From Mobilitalea sp. (lineage in GTDB: Bacteria > Bacillota > Clostridia > Lachnospirales > Lachnospiraceae): a stretch of DNA of 62,837 nucleotides. Positions within the stretch are counted from its first letter, which is position 1; the number at the start of each line of letters is the position of its first letter. This document shows, one piece after another, positions 60,205 to 62,837 of the stretch. The position numbers and the translations under genes are program-made. The notes under the pieces are model-generated. The model was not told the origin of the DNA. It worked only from the letters and a program-made list of their open reading frames with translations, and did not search any database. The stretch spans positions 1 through 62,837 of the forward strand of contig JBASOB010000004.1 in the NCBI GenBank assembly GCA_049657865.1, in the 5' to 3' direction.

Positions 60205-60223
60205 AACCTACCTCTTTCTTGAA

Positions 60224-60257
60224 AAAGCCTGCAAAACAATTCAGCTTTGCAGGCTTT
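60224..60257. terminator. Intra-operon hairpin after the SBP gene
   Basis: AAAGCCTGCAAA...TTTGCAGGCTTT. Confidence 0.6.
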
Positions 60258-60280
60258 CCTCTATTGTTTCTATTGATTCA

Positions 60281-61651
60281 CTATTTCATGCCGTCCGTCC
60301 AGGCTTTTTCATAAGCCACAGCAAATTCTTCCGATGTATATTTCCCTGCAAATAATTCCTGTACCATACGGCCTGCATCATCTCCGGAGAAGCCTGCCGG
60401 TTTTTCATTGGTGAATCCAATATTGACTGCCGTATTAACTGCATTATTTACTTCGGTTACAATGTTTGCAGAAGCCCACTCCGCGGTGACATCTGTAAAT
60501 GCGCTCGGTGCCTTTGACTGCTCACTGTATTTCTTCTGATTTTCTGCGTTGAATAAGAAGTTCAAGAATTCAATTGCTTCTTCTTTATACTTTGTAGTAG
60601 CAGAGATGCAGTATCCGGAATCTTCCGCAGATAATACCACTGCTTTTGAATTTGGCATATAAGCCGGATACGGTGCAAAGCCGATGTTATCTGCCATGTC
60701 AGGATTGGCAGCTAAGATACTGGATAATACCCACATACCGTTGCTCAGCATAGCTGCTTTTCCATTCGCAAAATCCTGTACGCAGTTATCACTGGTTGCA
60801 GTTAATACATCTTCATTAATCAATCCTTTGGCTTGTAATTCCAGCATTTTCTCTGCAAATACTGCCATACATCCATCTGCCGCACCAAAATTAAGTTTGG
60901 CGGTATCATTGCTTAAGAATGCTTTTTTCGCTTCCACTGCCCCTAAGGTCTGTTTGATATAACCATGAGGAATGAATTCTACGAGATGTCCTAAGTGCCA
61001 AGCTTCATTACCAAAGATGAACCAAGGGGTGACATCTGGATCGCTTGCTTTAATTGCTTCCAGATTCGCAACGAATTGGTCCCAGGTCGTTGCGACTTCA
61101 AGTCCGAGGCTACTGAATATTTCTTTGTTGTAGAAGAATCCTGCCATTGTCATATTGGTACAGATTCTGTACTGTTTACCGGAATTGATATCCGTGCAGG
61201 CTTCTTTCATCGCCGGTGTAAGTCTGTCCCACCATTCGGACTGCTCCGATAAGTCGAGATACTTGCCCTCGTCCACAAATCCCTGCTCGTAAGTCGTCAT
61301 AATATCAGGTGCCTCATCTGCAGCAAACTTGATTTTGATGATATTACTTGCGTCTTTCTGATATTCCTGTTCTACGGTAATTCTGTCTTGAGATTCATTG
61401 AATTCATTAATAATCTCATTCATCAGATCGATCGTTTCAATTTTACCTGTAAATAACTTCAGCGTGACATGTTCCGGTTTTTCCTCCGTGCTGTCTGCTG
61501 TGGTTGTTTCTGCTGTATCAGTTTTGGTTACGGCTTTGGTTACCTCTGTACCGGTATCTGCTTTACTGCTATCTTTTGCACTGCATCCGGTTAACATACT
61601 AGAAACCATTACCACGCTTAGCACTACGGATAAAATACTTTTTCTTTTCAT
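60281..61651 (-). CDS. Carbohydrate ABC substrate-binding lipoprotein
   Basis: Lipobox LTGC, FFYNKEIF..LGL...TTWD, FANGKAAML.NG.W. Confidence 0.9.
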   Translation of the reverse strand: MKRKSILSVVLSVVMVSSMLTGCSAKDSSKADTGTEVTKAVTKTDTAETTTADSTEEKPEHVTLKLFTGKIETIDLMNEIINEFNESQDRITVEQEYQKDASNIIKIKFAADEAPDIMTTYEQGFVDEGKYLDLSEQSEWWDRLTPAMKEACTDINSGKQYRICTNMTMAGFFYNKEIFSSLGLEVATTWDQFVANLEAIKASDPDVTPWFIFGNEAWHLGHLVEFIPHGYIKQTLGAVEAKKAFLSNDTAKLNFGAADGCMAVFAEKMLELQAKGLINEDVLTATSDNCVQDFANGKAAMLSNGMWVLSSILAANPDMADNIGFAPYPAYMPNSKAVVLSAEDSGYCISATTKYKEEAIEFLNFLFNAENQKKYSEQSKAPSAFTDVTAEWASANIVTEVNNAVNTAVNIGFTNEKPAGFSGDDAGRMVQELFAGKYTSEEFAVAYEKAWTDGMK

Positions 61652-61842
61652 AGCTAATTACCTCCTCAACTTTGATATCTATAGCTTAGCATCATTTAAT
61701 CGTCTCTTAAATACCACATTTATTCGGTTTTAGTGCGGGTTTATTGGATATGGCAATCTGCACTTGTGCTACTTCCTATTAATTATTATAATGTATTTAG
61801 TAAGAAATGGAAGTATCATCTAAGTAGAAACAGGAGGCAGTT

Positions 61843-62837
61843 ATGAAACATTTGACCCCATTTACCTATCGGAACTGGAACTTCAAGAAGAAAATCCTGG
61901 TCATCATCTCGGCTTTGATTATTTTCTTTGTCATGCTTGTCTCCATGATAAATTATGTGATGTATTCGAAAAATTATAATAAGCAGACGGTAAATCAGAC
62001 TCAGCAGATTATCGAACAGGTCGGGATCAATGTGGATACTTATTTAGAGGAACTCTTCCGCTTGAATCTCTCTCCTTATTATAATGATGAGATCATGGGA
62101 GAACTCGAAGATGAATATACGACCAGGACCTCCAGCCTTTACCGGAAACGTATCATAGAAAATTTCCTTGCTTCTGTTATGACGCTCCCAAGAAGTGAGA
62201 TATTACGTGTCTATATCTTGACCGACAATAATTTATATTCTTATACCCGAACTCCTTATGATATGGAGGATTATGACGACTATGCCGATACCGACTGGTA
62301 CCAGCAGGCCATGGCGTCTTCTGCTCCGGTCTTTGTCCCAATCCATTCTGAAAAGGCTTTTGGAGACAAGAAGACGCAGATATTCTCGATTGCCCAGCGG
62401 ATACGGAGTAAGGAAGATAATTCTAAAGTATTAGCCGTTATTAAGGTAGATGCGAATTATACCGGTATTAAATCCATCTGTGACCAGGTTCAGCTGAGGG
62501 AAAAAGGTTCCTTATTTATCCTGGACGGGGACCGCAATATCGTATATCAGAATAACCAGTTAGATAATAAAGACCTCCTCAATTCTATCAATATAGGTCT
62601 CTATGAAAAAGATGGTGATTTTACTGAAATAATTGATTCCAAGAAATACATCATCAATATAACTTCCTTAAACTCCACCGACATGAAAGTAATTGCCATC
62701 AATTCCTACGACGAGCTCAATAAGAGCGCACGAACCATTCGAAATACCACTATTCTATTTGCCCTGCTCTGCATGCTGCTTGCAGTATCAATTCTATTTG
62801 TATTTGTACAGAGCTTCTTCAAACCTTTATTTCATAT
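61843..62837 (+). CDS. Cache-domain sensor histidine kinase (YesM-like), N-terminal part, runs off the right edge
   Basis: AGGAGG then ATG 61843; translation starts MKHLTPFTYRNWNFKKKILVIISALIIFFV (TM1), followed by an extracellular domain and a second TM helix near 62750. The kinase domain itself is not visible. Confidence 0.7.
   Translation, partial: MKHLTPFTYRNWNFKKKILVIISALIIFFVMLVSMINYVMYSKNYNKQTVNQTQQIIEQVGINVDTYLEELFRLNLSPYYNDEIMGELEDEYTTRTSSLYRKRIIENFLASVMTLPRSEILRVYILTDNNLYSYTRTPYDMEDYDDYADTDWYQQAMASSAPVFVPIHSEKAFGDKKTQIFSIAQRIRSKEDNSKVLAVIKVDANYTGIKSICDQVQLREKGSLFILDGDRNIVYQNNQLDNKDLLNSINIGLYEKDGDFTEIIDSKKYIINITSLNSTDMKVIAINSYDELNKSARTIRNTTILFALLCMLLAVSILFVFVQSFFKPLFH

Noticed and set aside
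94..61733. Many short ORF-track entries antisense to or nested in annotated genes, and AT-rich intergenic ORFs (e.g. 1538-1777, 15091-15339, 42187-42468, 54554-54941)
   Set aside because: No RBS or recognisable motifs; they are shadows of real genes or translations of repeats and promoters.

Overview
A 62.8-kb, AT-rich, mostly minus-strand chromosomal window that reads like a Clostridia (Lachnospiraceae-type) genome; the taxon is inferred from gene content, Shine-Dalgarno motifs and sigma-A/LexA motifs. From left to right it contains: AmmeMemoRadiSam genes; abrB; the holB-yaaT-yabB-rsmI block; an amino-acid ABC importer; MATE, NUDIX and hydrolase genes; an nfeD-floA-yqfB operon bracketed by a histidine kinase and a LytTR regulator; a chitobiose phosphorylase/mutase cluster with a sensor system and a chemoreceptor; recA; a 22-kb catabolic region (32.1-54.0 kb); a GH25 muramidase; and a GH66 plus sugar ABC locus. 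The standout is the 22-kb region. It holds a bacterial microcompartment (BMC) operon with four BMC-H shell genes, one BMC-P, and a class II aldolase, acylating aldehyde dehydrogenase and PduL that each carry an encapsulation peptide, plus an Fe-ADH. This sits beside a DeoR regulator, mtnK, mtnA, a sugar ABC importer, a chemoreceptor and dhaKL. The arrangement suggests an organelle-encapsulated DHAP shunt for 5-methylthioribose or 5-deoxyribose (SAM by-products). It also carries an unexplained tail module: a CoA-transferase-fold pair apparently lacking the catalytic Glu, a CoA-disulfide-reductase-like flavoprotein and a signal-less solute-binding-fold protein, which may handle the methylthio group. 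All family assignments come from motif recognition and remembered reference sequences; no database searches were run. No rRNA, tRNA, CRISPR array, transposase or integrase was recognised.
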